This document shows, in pieces, positions 10,743 to 22,940 of a DNA stretch of 34,043 nucleotides (position 1 is its first letter; every line of letters starts with the position of its first letter). The notes beneath the pieces are model-generated. The model saw only the letters and a list, made by a program, of their open reading frames with translations. It did not search any database and had not been told where the DNA came from. Source of the stretch: Thelocarpon superellum (taxonomy: Eukaryota). The stretch spans positions 1-34,043 of the forward strand of contig JAPEUG010000173.1 of NCBI GenBank assembly GCA_026025795.1, given 5' to 3'. The translations under genes and the position numbers were made by a program.

Positions 10743-12224
10743 ATGTCGGACGGGGCAGCTGCGGCCGAGGAGAAGCACCTGACGTTCAACGTCAAGTCAT
10801 CGAGCGATGCCAAATTCGTCGTCACCTTACCCGCCTCCGCCACCGTCCTAGATCTCAAGAACAAGCTCGCCACCCCTGACTTCGCAGATCTCCCAGCCGA
10901 CCGACAGCGGCTGATCTACTCGGGCCGCGTGCTGAAAGACCCGGACACGTTGGGCAGTCACAAGATCCAAGATGGAAATACGGTGCATCTGGTGCGAAGC
11001 GCGGCGAGCAACATCCGACAGAATCCGGCCCGGGCAGAGAGCAGTACCACTGGGGGCGCCAGTCCTGCAGCGACAGGAGCGGCTCCCGGCTCGACTAATG
11101 CCGGCGTCCCGTCTAATCTCGCGGCCGGAACGGGAAACAACCCTTTGGCGGGGCTGACGGGGGCACGATATGCAGGCTTGGCCCAACTCCCCGGGGCGGG
11201 CATGTTCGGACCGGACGGAGGGGTAAGTCTCTTGTCATGGTGGACGTCTTGGGTCGCCGGTGACTAACTTCTCCAGATGGGGGCGCCACCTGACGCAGAT
11301 CAGATGCTGAACATGCTGTCGAACCCTCAGTTTGCCTCGACGATCAACGAAGCTCTGCAGAACCCGCAGGTGCTCGATATGATGATCCAACAAAATCCCA
11401 TGCTCCGCAACGTCCCTGGAGCCCGGCAGATGATGCAGTCGCCCGAATTTCGGCGGATGATGACGGATCCAGACACCATCCGATCGATGAGCCAGATGGG
11501 TCGAGCAATGGGAATGGGACCGATGGGTGGGAATGCGGCCGGGGGCGCGGGAGGCTTTCCTGCACCTGGCGTCACTGACACGACTCCCGCCGGTGCGGCG
11601 GGACAGGGTGGCGACAGCGCCACGACCTCTAATCCACCCAACGCCACCGGCGCCCTCCCCCCGAATCCCTTTGCCATGTTTGGCAACCCAGGCGGCGCGA
11701 ATCCGTTCGCCGGACTCTTCCCCAACAACCCGGCCTTCCCCGGTGTGAACCCCACGCCTGGCGGCAATCCGGCCGACTCGCCCTCCGGTACAACAGGCGG
11801 GGCACCAGGAGAAGGTCAAGCCACATCGCCTGCCGACAACCCCTTCGCATCGCTCTTTAACGTCGACCCGAACGCCCCACGCTCACCCAATCCCTTCCTC
11901 AACAGCCTGCTCCAGAACCCCCAAGCGATGCAACAGATGCTCGCCGCGATGGGAGGTGGAGCTGGTGCCGGCGCGGGCGCAGGCACCGGAGCCGGGGCAG
12001 GGACTCCTCCAGCCTTCAACCCCTTCGCGGCCTTTGGCGGAGGCCTTGGCACCCCTCCCGCTCCGCCGGCCCCGGCAGACACCCGACCACCGGAAGAGCG
12101 ATATGCAGAGCAGCTGCGACAGCTGAACGACATGGGCTTTTACGAGTTCGAGCGCAACATCGAGGCGCTGCGCCGGTCAGGGGGAAGTGTGCAGGGCGCG
12201 GTTGAATATCTTCTGACTCATTAG
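10743..12224 (+). CDS. DSK2: Ubiquilin / UBL-STI1-UBA proteasome shuttle factor (2 exons, intron 11223-11277)
   Basis: UBL domain (QRLIYSGRVLKD...HKIQDGNTVHLV), STI1 repeats (MLSNPQ, MIQQNPML, MMQSPEF, MMTDPD), UBA domain (PEERYAEQLRQLNDMGFYEFERNIEALRRSGGSVQGAVEYLL). Confidence 0.96.
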
Positions 12225-12316
12225 GTTGGCGGATTGGAGGATAAGGCAGTTGGCAGGTCAGTGGATTTGATTCGCGCTGCGTGAACATCTCACTGAGGGC
12301 TTTGACTGTGCTTGTC

Positions 12317-12340
12317 TGCTTGCTTGCTTGCTTGCTTGCT
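12317..12340. repeat. (TGCT)6 microsatellite
   Basis: Visible in the DSK2 3' flank. Confidence 0.9.
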
Positions 12341-12816
12341 TTGCCTAACTCTACGTTTCTTCTTCTCCTTCTTTGGAGAGACGGGGTGATCAAGTCAGTC
12401 GGTCACGTCGTGGCATAGAGTAGGAGACGACGGCCTTGAGTAGCGAGAGAAGGGGGAAAGGGAGGACAAATGAGAGGAAAACGAGAGAACGAAGAAATGA
12501 CATCTTGTGAACTGAAAACCTGACCCTCCACCGGTTGAGTGACGAGACACTGGTGAACTCGCATCTCGTGCCTTCGCGGCGGGTTAGATATGAGGATATG
12601 CAGATACGTAGACGTCATGTAGGTGTGTAGAGATGTTTGTAGGTATGTACAATTGTGTATCGGACATTTTCCCGCTCGAAGACCCGCCTTGAGTTCGATG
12701 CCTTGGGGCGCGCCGGTTGGGGAATAAGCGCTCATTCGTTCATCCACCCACCCATTGAGAGACAGAGATATACAAGAGAGATGAAACAGAGAAAAATGAA
12801 CAGCCAACAGATACAA

Positions 12817-12841
12817 ACACACACACACACACACGCAGAGG

Positions 12842-12873
<32 letters not shown>

Positions 12874-12924
12874 GAGAGAGAGAGGGAGGGAGAGAGAGAG
12901 AGAAAGAGAGGGAGGGAGAGAGAG
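12817..12924. repeat. Compound (AC)n-(GA)n microsatellite
   Basis: (AC)9 followed by about 80 bp of imperfect GA repeat between the convergent DSK2 and noxA genes. Confidence 0.92.
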
Positions 12925-13167
12925 ATGGGCCACGCGGGAGATCCATGGTTGAGGAGATTCGTGGAAGAAAGGAAGGATATCATCGACTTCCTGTTCGGGT
13001 ATCGTTCATGCGTTCGAAGACTAGAGTCCACTGGATTCAGTCAATGGGATGCTATCAGAGAAGAGATTTATAACGCCCGTGTCGTGATGGTATGGTAAGT
13101 CCCGCTAGTTCCAAAGACAGAGGAGAGTCGTCAGGTCGGTCGGGCGGGTGGGAGAGGCGCAAGATTT

Positions 13168-15039
13168 TTAAAAGCTGCGTCATTGTCAGCTGCGTGATAC
13201 AGAGGGCCAAAGGTGCATCGAAACGTACTGTTCTTTCCAGAAGGAAAAGTTAACCTCTTGACACGTCGCAGCGCCGCACGCCTTTTTGATGTCGCGAGCC
13301 GCGGAGCTGGGACCACAAAAATACACTCCGACATTGGTCCGGAGAGTGCCGCCCAAGCCACCAATATAGGTCTGATCCAAGATGCCGTCGCGCATTGCGC
13401 CGAGCAGGCGTTTGAAATTGGGCCGGCCGAAGTTGGTTCGCGACTTGAGCTCCGTGAGTGGGTCAAGCGCCGTGCCGACCGAGTTCAGCACGATGTTTTG
13501 CATCGTGTCTTGATCCAGGCGTTGCGTTAGGTACGTGTGGATACGTAGGAACTCGGGTCCTTCAACACCCGGAATCGTCGCGGCTGAGAGAGATTGTGCC
13601 TCGAGGGATGAAAGCAGGTTCTGGAACCATTCAAACGAAGACGTGTCCTTGCACACCCAGATAAACTCCACCCGGCGGAGACGTTTCGGAGGATTGGGTC
13701 CGTTGCGCAGATGCCAGATGTTCTTCAAGATGGCGGCCCACGGCGTCACCCCGATGCCCGTGCCGATCAACACGGCGATCTCGTTATCAAAGACCTGTCA
13801 AGGATGAGCCACGAAGAGGAGCATGATGGACGCAACCTACATCCTCAGCCGGAGCACCGTATGGTCCATCCACCCGAATCTTCGGCATCTGCTGTCCGTT
13901 CTGCAACGCAATCTCGTACATGCCTGACGGGTCTAGATCGTTGAACTGCTTCTCTTGCAACGGGCCGGCGCCGAGCGCGTTACCCAGGTCCTTGGTCCAG
14001 TCTCCCACCTGTCGCACATGCACCGAGATGTACGGGTCGTACGGACAAGAGGTAATGGTAAAGGGATGCCATTGGAATTCCGACACCGACGGAACGTTGA
14101 GGAACATCCACTGCCCGGCCTTGTACTTCATCGACGGCTTGCGGAATTGAATCTCCATTGCATCTGTCGCCAAGGTCAGCAGATCATCGTCCATCTACTT
14201 GCGATGTACTAACCTTGTGGATGACGGATCACTTTGGTGATCTCCGTCTCTCGTCGACACCGGATCTCACGATAGAGCCGTTCGAAGAGATACAGCCCAC
14301 CACCAATCAACTCCCATCGCCACCCCTCGTACCCCAAGCAATGGTTCCAGAAGTTGGCCGAATCAAAAGGCGAATAGGGGTTCGGGGTGTCGCGGACAAA
14401 GCATCCCGTGGCATGGGTGTACATGCCCAGCAGGAACGGGATGAACAGGTGATGCGTATACCAGAAGGTCTCGAAGGATTGCTGCCGGATCTTCGCGTGT
14501 GCCGTGGTGTACATAAAGAGCATGCACAGCAGCATGATATGCCCGGTGATGCCACCGGCCTCGGTGTAGTGGATTTCCACCGCCGTGAGCGGCCGGATTT
14601 GGCTTCGCTCAACGTTGAAGAAATTGACATAATGCGCTGACACATGGAGGATGGTAAAGAAGAGCATGGCATACGCCACCTGCCGGTGAAAGAAGTGCGA
14701 CTGATCCAGCGGCAAGATCCGGATCTTCGGCCGGATCCATCGAAGCAGGTTGCGGCACATGGCGAGCGGGAGTAGGGTGGTGTCTGCGGACAAGGCCAGA
14801 CCGGCGCCACGAGAGATCCAGACGGAGTAGGTGAGCGTGTTCAGGCCCGCCAGCTGCGGCGTATCCTGTTGTTTGATCCTGTATCATCATGAGCTCGTGA
14901 GTCTTATCCAGCCACTGCCATTTCGAGGAACATACCATCCATAGATAAAAAGGCCGATGTGCGCTCCCCAAAAGATGACGAAGAAGGTCAGCTTCGGCAA
15001 GGTGAGCTGCTTCCGGAACCATGACGGCTGAGCACCCAT
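13168..15039 (-). CDS. noxA: NADPH oxidase catalytic subunit NoxA/Nox1 (gp91phox homolog), 554 aa, 5 exons
   Basis: Exons 15039-14936, 14878-14214, 14163-13841, 13794-13229, 13174-13168 total 1665 nt. Motifs: SRGAG; heme histidines in FHRQVA, LHVSAH, FWYTHH, YTHATG; FAD motif WHPFTIT; DGPYG; NADPH motif GTGIGVTP; VYFCGP; terminal KEHF. No NoxB-type N-terminal extension and no EF hands. Confidence 0.96.
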
Positions 15040-17559
15040 TCTGTCTAGCGAATGGCCGGGATGTTGGAGGGGAGGGGGAAGGGTTGCAATGGAAGCGCCT
15101 GCGCTGAGAGTCTGTCACGGTCGAGCCCGTCCTTCTTCTACTTTGACGATGGGTTGACGACGATGAGAGAGAGATAGCTCTGACGTCCTGTGGCGAGGTA
15201 GAAGAAGCCGGACGAGATCGGTGACGGTAGTCTAGTCTCCCGCCCTCCGCTTCGCTGGCTTCAGTGTCTGTACTAGCCCGCCGATGCCGGGTCCATGCGT
15301 CGAATTTCCCCACGGATCGACGTGGAGAAAATGGCAGATCGGTTCAAACCGAACGGTAATGCGAAAGGATGATCCAATCTTCAAGTGCGACAGTCGCAGA
15401 GAGTGTCGCAAAACAGGGTACGGGCAACGGTGGAAGTTTTGACGTGGTATATGGGCGACTGCATTGGAGGACTTAATGTGGAGGTCGCAGTGCGATGGTG
15501 AGACGCGTAGTGGAGCAGCAGGGACCCTCGTTTATCTCACCTCACCCGCATGCAATAATGGCGGTGATTAGGCGGGAGCGAAAGGGTGAGCACGGCCGTA
15601 CGGGCATGGGCGTGGAAATGGCCCCCGGAGTTTCTTGGAGGGAGCCTACCACAATACGGGGGCTCGTCCGGAGTGCTTTCCACTGATCAAATCACCCAAA
15701 TCACCGTCTAACACAGGCGGCGTGCGAGGGCAACATTGCGACGCAACCGAGACGGTTGTTCGTCGACCCGCCACTATACGCACTCGTTCTCGCTTGGTTC
15801 CTCTTCACAGCGCCAGTTGTGGCACGATTGCACGGGACCTGGAACGAGGGCCTCGACAGGACCAGTCACGGGCGAGAGCTTGCCAGGCACGTAAGAGGCG
15901 CCAGCGCTACGAATGCACCGGGAGGGAAGCTGGCGCACTCGGCATGGAAAGCGACGAGGTTGGGTGGATCTTGGTGCATCTGGTTGTATTTTTGGACGGC
16001 CGCGCGCGTTGGGTCTGGCCCACGGACCGCCAAGCTCCACTCAGTGTCCGGGCACTCGGCTTGGCTTGCGTGCCCGTCGCTTAGCTAAACCCTCCAGGGC
16101 CGCCGTCGCCACGCACTGGCCACGCCACAACCCATTCCTCGCTTGGGCTGCGAATGGCTCCCCGCCTCGAAGCGCCGGGAGTACTCATGCCGTCGACATC
16201 ACAATCCATCACCGTCACTCCCACCCAGCAAGCCATGGAACCAGACCGACCTTGGGGATACTACTCATCTAGCAGATGTTAAAAGCCGGCGGGTCCGTGT
16301 TCAGATCATCACTCTGTCCCGAGGATTCAATCATCGTCGTGTTGGCCGAGGCACGTGGATCCCAGCGGCCTCCGTCGCGCACCGCCGACCGTCGAAAACG
16401 TGGTGTAAGGTGTTTTACTCGTGCTTCCCAACCCTCCACCGTTACATTCCGCTCCGCCCATTAGACTCCGCGCACGGCCTAACGACCCGCACGGTGACCA
16501 GCTGATGTGATGAAGGCGTTGTCGCGGGGGTGATGCCCGGTCGTCACGAAGATGATGACGAAGCCTAGCCGCTCAGCCGTCTTGCCGCAGGCGGATGAGA
16601 CGAAATTGATTCGATCCGATTCTTCATTTGCCAACCGTCCTCCCCCAACCTCGGCGGGTGGCAGTGGACACAGGGAGACTGAGGGCGTTGGCTGTTGAGA
16701 CTCTTGATGAGACAGCTGCGGTCGAAGCGTATCGCCGGGAGGGGCAAAGTGGACGGGGCCGCAGAGGGCGGGCGTCAAACCGCTCCATCTTGCAGGTGGG
16801 CGGCACTAGGGGGAATAAGATGGGCTCAGTTTGCTCGGAAAAGGCCCGAGGTCCTGTGGAGGGGCACCTCCGGTGTGCCTGCAGGGGTTCACGTAGCGAG
16901 GGTCGACCCGTCGGCGAATCATGGCCCTGGCGCCCGCCAAGCGCGCTGTGGGGCCTGTGCAGGCCCCTCCGCTCGGCCCGTCCTTCTCATCGTTGATTTG
17001 TCGCATTAGCCTATCGTGCAGCATCGCCCATTCGGCTAGTAGCCCACCGTGCCCACGCACCGCCGGCGCCCATAGCCAAAGGTTCGATGAAGGTGGATGG
17101 TGAGCAGGGAACGGTAATGATGGGATGGAGGAGCAAGGTTGGTCGATCACCCTTCACCCTAGCCAGGAGTGCTTCCCCATGCAATAACTCCGGCGGGGCC
17201 CTGCTTGCCGGGATGTTGGTGCCGTCCTGCTGGGGACCTGGCCGCTGCGACCGTCATCTCGTGTGATCGCGGTCACCGTTCATATTTGGCGCCCGGCCCC
17301 GATCTGGTCCACGCTCGGGTCGCCCCATCTTGTGTTACCATAGCCACGGTCGAAGCCTCCTCTCCAACCTTCAACATCGCACAGGACCATCCTTCGGCCA
17401 TGCTTGTGCTCACTGTTGGACCATCTTCAACACCTCGGTGACAGGCAGACGGGCATCACCACGACCGCGCCGCTCCGCTCCGGGTCAACACGCGACCATC
17501 CTCTCTGACGCTTGGAATCCTCTGGTCCGCCGGTCCGGACCTGGATTATACACTCGGCC

Positions 17560-18095
17560 ATGGGCAAGCTCATCAAAAATCACTGGGCGCGGCTGATTGT
17601 CCTCACGGCCGCAACGTGTATGTAACGCGGCGCATGCTCAGGGCCAGGGGCAAGCACTGACGTCGAGCAGATCAAGTCGCCGCCGCCCTTGAGGGCTTCT
17701 TCTGGCCCAAGATTTTCTGGGACTTCCTCACCAAGAACCTTGACGGCGCCGTCAAGCCCTTTCCCTTCCTTCAGATCGTCAACCTCGTGCTCGCTTTGAT
17801 CGGCATCGCGTGGGAGTGGCCCTTGAAGTACCTGGCCGGCTCGGCACTCCACCGCTCCATCGCTGCGAGGCTGGTCATCTATCCCATCAGCGTCTTGGTC
17901 GCGGCCTTGCTCTATCAGGGCACGAATCCGGCACTGTACTACATGATTGGCATCGGGGTCTATTTCTGGGCCTACAGCGAGGGCGAGGTGAGTGCCACAG
18001 ATGGTCCCGAGTCCAGGCCAAGACTGACCGCCATATAGAGTATCGCTCCTGAACCATGGACACTACCCAAGACGGTGCGGCCAGGTAAGGCATGA
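17560..18095 (+). CDS. noxD: NoxD/Pro41, fungal p22phox-like NADPH oxidase membrane subunit, 143 aa, 3 exons
   Basis: Exons 17560-17617, 17671-17987, 18039-18095 give MGKLIKNHWARLIVLTAATYQVAAALEGFFWPKIFWDFLTKNLDGAVKPFPFLQIVNL...WEWPL...LLYQGTNPALYY...WAYSEGESIAPEPWTLP..., which matches the Pro41/NoxD sequence pattern. Confidence 0.92.
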
Positions 18096-19932
18096 GTCCT
18101 GCTGGTCCTCCGAGTCCTTAGCGACGGCGTTGGGGCCGACTTTGAGCATTTCCTTCACATTCGTCGTACATATATCTCAGCATCAGCCTCTGCATGAGCC
18201 CGCGATCACTCGTCCTACTCCTACGCTCAACGGTGGACAGCACTTGCGATATCCAAGTGCCCATCCGTCCATGTACATACCGTCATGAGATATCCTCATG
18301 TACATACGCTCGAAAGACCAAGTACAGGAGATCCAAGGACATTGAACCCTGAAGTATGCGTGTCTTGTCGTAATTGAGCGAGACACGCGCACAGTATCCG
18401 TGACAACAGCACTCCTGTTGACGATAGTACCGTCCATAGCCGTATCTATGGTGCCTTTCATCCACGTTGAAGTTGACGTCTGGGAGCATGAATCCTGGGT
18501 TTTAGCGACCGTTATGCCGACGTGAATCGGTTTGCAGGGGACCCATGACGTTGCGTGGCGGTTTGTGTCCACGTGTATGATTCTCATGCATCGACAGACT
18601 GTCAATGCAAGCACCCTTTGCTCTCCCTGAACGAAATGTCCGACGCCAGGTCGCCATGCCATCATGTTCCACGTTCAACCCATCAACTCATCAAGCACTA
18701 ATCACTGCAGCCTGATGAGATGAAGTCACTTCGATATAGTGACGGTGTATGGAATGGGTGTGGGAGGGAGATCTGTGATTGATCGTCACGGCAACTTTCG
18801 CGCCGCGCACCTGCAGCTCCGTTCACGGGCGCATAGTAGTCTAGTCCGAGTTGCCGATCCCATCACATCCCATGCATATGCGTCTCGATTCTCTGCTTAT
18901 CTTATCACGCCGGCGCTTTACAGTCAAGTGAATCATCTTCTCTGCAGGTGATATCTGTAATCAGAACGAGAGAGACAGCATGCTTGGAACGGAGTGGTGA
19001 TTCGAGGCGTGGGTAGTCCAGTCGAGTCGAAGTGGGCTGTGTTTGACTGGAGACGAGGCACCGCCGCGTGGAATCGCCCATCCGCGGGGACGGGGGACGG
19101 GTCATGACGGCGCGGCTGCAATGCGCAGACGGTGTGCACCAGGCCTCGCATCAACCGCCGAGCACCTACCGTTCAATTGTCACAGCTCGGCGAAGTCGCT
19201 TCGAACGCTCGTCCAAACGCATGGTGCTTCAACTCTCTCCTCTTTCAAGTTCCATGCACGGTTACGAGTTGGGTCAACGGAGAAATGGCTGAAACGGTAG
19301 TGTCTGCGTATGCGGTGTCGCAGGTGCCGTTCATCTTATGATCGCCTCTGCATAACTGGATGAAGGTCTTTTTTCGTACCTCCCCACGCGATTGGGGCGA
19401 AGCTGAACTTTCGAGGACGTATCTTCCCCATGACGGATAAACTGTGCCACACATTATACCTACCACCGTGGAGACAGAGACCTGTGCGCGTGAGGAGTCG
19501 GAGGCGAGGAGCATGCTAAAGATCAATCGTGACCGTCTGGCCACCACTCTCGCGTATCAGGCCTGAAGTGCTTGATCGGCCTTGCATGCAACAATTATGA
19601 AATTGTCGCTGGCGGGAGACGTTGGGGATAATGCTTGCACCACTTGATTGTGCAAAAGGAAGAGTTTATGACCGTAGATGATCTTCTAGTGGAGTGCCTG
19701 TCAGATCGATCCGTCAGGCTTGGAGGCTTCGCTGCGGTTGCAGCAGCGCCATGACGGCTGTGACAGCTACGTTCCGCCTCCACAATTGACAGCTCCACAC
19801 TGCGGTCCGGCTGCGGCGCAGACTGCAGCACGGCTGTTTCAACGACTGAAACCACGCTGTAGTGAGGCTGTCGATGAACCAGTCCTCCAAGTATCCCTGT
19901 CATTATTTATGACGTCGATCTTCCCTCGTATC

Positions 19933-21231
19933 ATGGCCAGCGTCGAGACCAGCACAGGAACGCAACCGGTCGAGAGGGAAGACCCTGGGACAGATAGAGC
20001 TCCAGCAGGCAAGGGTATCACGAATCGCGCCCGGGACGGAGGTACCAGAAGGCTGACTTAGACAGAAGCCGCCAGTGCCTTGATCGATTCTTTACGCACT
20101 GATGTCGACAAGATGATCAAGGTGGAGAAAGCCGAATCGACCCTAGCACCTCGACGAGAAGAAGAAGAGGAAGATATTTCAGCCGCCGAGCTACTACCAC
20201 CATCATCATCGCTCACCAAATTCCAGGACCGGGTCCAGCAGTTTGCATTTTCAAGCTCAACACGAAGAACACGGAGCTCTAGTCGCTATGATTCCCCCGT
20301 GGCTGGACCGTCTTCTTCAACGCCATTAACGTCAACATCATCATCGAAACGCAAGCTCGACCGTCCCACGCCTAGCGCAAGCGCGAGCACGAGCACAAGC
20401 ACAAGCATATGCTCGCCGGTCTCACGAAACAAACGGCACCGCGAAAGCGCCTCGTACGCACCGCCGTCCAAATACTCGCACCTCCCCCTACTACCGGACG
20501 CGATCGGGCCTGAGCCGATCTTAGTCTTCGTGGGCGTCAACCCGGGCGTGCGCACCGCGCAGACCGGACACGCGTACGCGCATCCATCGAATCTATTCTG
20601 GAAGCTGCTATACAGCTCGGGCATCACGCCGCGGCAATGCAAACCAGAGGAAGACCAGGACATGCCTGCACTCTACATGCTAGGCTTCACGAACATCGTG
20701 GCGCGCCCGACCAAGGACCAGTCTGAGCTCAGCAAGGCCGAGATGGACGCGCGCGTGGTGGTGCTGGAGGAGAAAATCGCCCGATGGAAGCCCGAGGCCG
20801 TTTGTATCGTGGGGAAGGGCATCTGGGAGAGTATCTGGCGCGTGCGTCATCAACGCGCGATCCGCCCCGCGGAGTTCCGGTACGGATGGCAGGATGAGAG
20901 TGAGAATATGGGCATGGGTGTACCGAGGACGAAGATGCAGGGTTGGGTCATCGCCGGGCACGAGAAAGACGCTGTGGCTCCTCACCAAGAGCGGGAACAT
21001 GCGAGATGGTCCGGCGCGCGCGTCTTCGTGGCGACCAGCACCAGCGGTCTGGCTGCTAGCATGCGGCCAGAGGAGAAAGAGGCGGTGTGGAAGCCGTTGG
21101 GCGAGTGGGTCCGGCGGCGGAGAGAGGAGCGGGGAATGACGAGCGGGGTTGGAGCTGACAGCGGCGTTCATGGGGAAGGCCGGGAAAGCGTAAAGGCAGA
21201 CGAAGAAGAGGGCGGGGAGGAGGCGACTTGA
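19933..21231 (+). CDS. G/U mismatch-specific uracil/thymine DNA glycosylase (TDG/MUG, UDG family 2); 5' exon tentative, alternative start 20113
   Basis: Catalytic motif LVFVGVNPG, GHAYAHPSNLFWKLL, GFTNIVARPT, PEAVCIVGKGIWE, FVATSTSGLAA. Ser/Thr-rich basic N-terminus. A putative first exon from ATG 19933 can join via an intron ending CTGACTTAGACAG (20065). Confidence 0.9.
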
Positions 21232-21542
21232 TCGCGCTTGTCTCTTCCTGGCATAAAGCTTTCGACCTTTCGATCTCTGGTCACATCATGAGTTTCTTGA
21301 TAGCTTGCCAGCTTCTAGATAGTAGACTACCTCGCTAGCTGCGACTGCTGCCTGGGACTCCACAGATCTCTCCGTTGATACCTGCGCTTCGACGATATGA
21401 TGCGCACGTCGGAGTATCGTCACCACTGCCAGCCATCGTCCATCACGATAGTGGTCTCATCTGCACCAACATCGGACGTGCTCCCGTAGCGTAACGCAGC
21501 AATGCAACAAGCGCAGCTCAGCCCAGCACTGACCACCAACGC

Positions 21543-22162
21543 CTAATGACCCCCCCTCGAGCCTTTGCTGTCATTCGTCGAGCCGAATCGCTCATGAGAC
21601 TAATCAAACGTGAGAGAGGCAAAACGTTAGCCTGCGCATTCGCGTGGATGAAGACAACCCGAGAGAAGGAATTGCGAAGAGGATTAGAAGGAGCAGGGGA
21701 TGAGGTTTCAGAGATCCGTACCTCGGTTTCCTGCAGGTCCCCCTTCTCCAGAATCGTCTGCACCACCTCTTCCTCCTGGTGCGTACCGAATTCGTTCTCG
21801 AGCGTCGAATGTGATGCCGTATCTAGCACGCCCTGAGCGCCATGCCTGATACCGTTCAACACACATCAGCCTCTTTCCTTTCTTTCTTTCTGTGCGACGT
21901 GCTGGTGATGACCTTTGGGTGACACCGCCAAGCCTCAAATCGAAGATGAAGCGGTGGAGGGAGGCATGAGAGAAGAAAAGGTCGAGGAAAGAACTCACTT
22001 GTGCGTCACAAACACCTTCCAGCCCGACACAACCTGCGCCAGAGGAATGGACTTGTCCTTGCGCCAGTCTTTGACGATCTGTGCGTCGTCGACGAAGATG
22101 ATGAAATCTTCTTCCTTGCCGGCCAGATGCACCTTGGTTTGGCCTGTGTTCCCGCGCGGCAT
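21543..22162 (-). CDS. RTC3: Rtc3-like protein (SBDS/Sdo1 N-terminal domain), 3 exons
   Basis: Spliced MPRGNTGQTKVHLAGKEEDFIIFVDD...WRKDKSIPLAQVVSGWKVFVTHK|HGAQGVLDTASHSTLENEFGT...ILEKGDLQETE|SHERFGSTNDSKGSRGGH*. Confidence 0.88.
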
Positions 22163-22940
22163 GATGGCGGACTTCGTTTCTTCGACGAGCCGGGGCGTGG
22201 CTTCTTAAGAGGTGGAGTTGAACGTGGGTGAGTTGGGTAGAGGGGGTGCTCTCATCCGTGTGAATCAAGGTACGTGGAGGGATGGGTATCCGGTGCCAAA
22301 TTTCAATCGCTTGTACTCGGGCGTATGCGTAGGTGGAAGCTTCGGTGTCTTGATAGGGATATTCGTGCTCCAGACTGAATCGTGAGTGGTCTGACTATGC
22401 TTCTTATACGCGCACGAAGCTCTTCCTCATCAGACTCAGCTCCGGAGACGAGGGACAAGGCATGAGACAAAACGACCCTGGCAGCCCCTACGTCATCGGC
22501 CTCGTCAGCCTTACCGGATAGAGTTAGGGGTGCTGGGAGACTCCATCCTGCCCTACCACTGCTACCCGTAATTAGCCGTACGCCGTACCGCATCCGAACC
22601 TTCGTGACGGTTCTGCTGTCGAACTGACCAGCGCAGATGTCGTCGACGAGCCTTCGAGATTTGAATCCGTGGGCTCCTGCTCCTGCTCGCGCGCTTACGA
22701 ATACGAATCAAATTGCTGGTCGACCAACTGATCACTAACATACAGGTTTGTGATGATCGATCGCGGTGATGTACTCATACTCTTGACTCCCAGCACCACG
22801 GTCACCCTCGGTCAGAACGACTTGCCAGAACAAACGAGCGTAAAAATGTCCAACGGCCTCGCCTCGCTCTCTGTTATTACGTCGACCCGCCCCTGTCGAC
22901 TGCGGCGCAAGAATGTATCCCATACCTATGGAAGTGCCCC

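Noticed and set aside
12403..13098. ORFs with LSLSLS/ERERER tracts
   Set aside because: These are translations of the (AC)/(GA) microsatellite in a convergent 3' region.
16569..16580. CCGCTCAGCCGT, matching part of fungal 5S rRNA
   Set aside because: Only 12 nt match, and the flanks do not resemble 5S rRNA.
15040..17559. Many 60-150 aa ORFs in the noxA-noxD spacer
   Set aside because: Low-information Arg/Pro/Ala-rich GC-driven ORFs with no motifs or coherent exon structure.
18712..18745. CTGATGAG plus a short hairpin resembling a hammerhead core
   Set aside because: Lacks the GAAA and stems I/III. Only a 6-bp GTCACT/AGTGAC hairpin is present.
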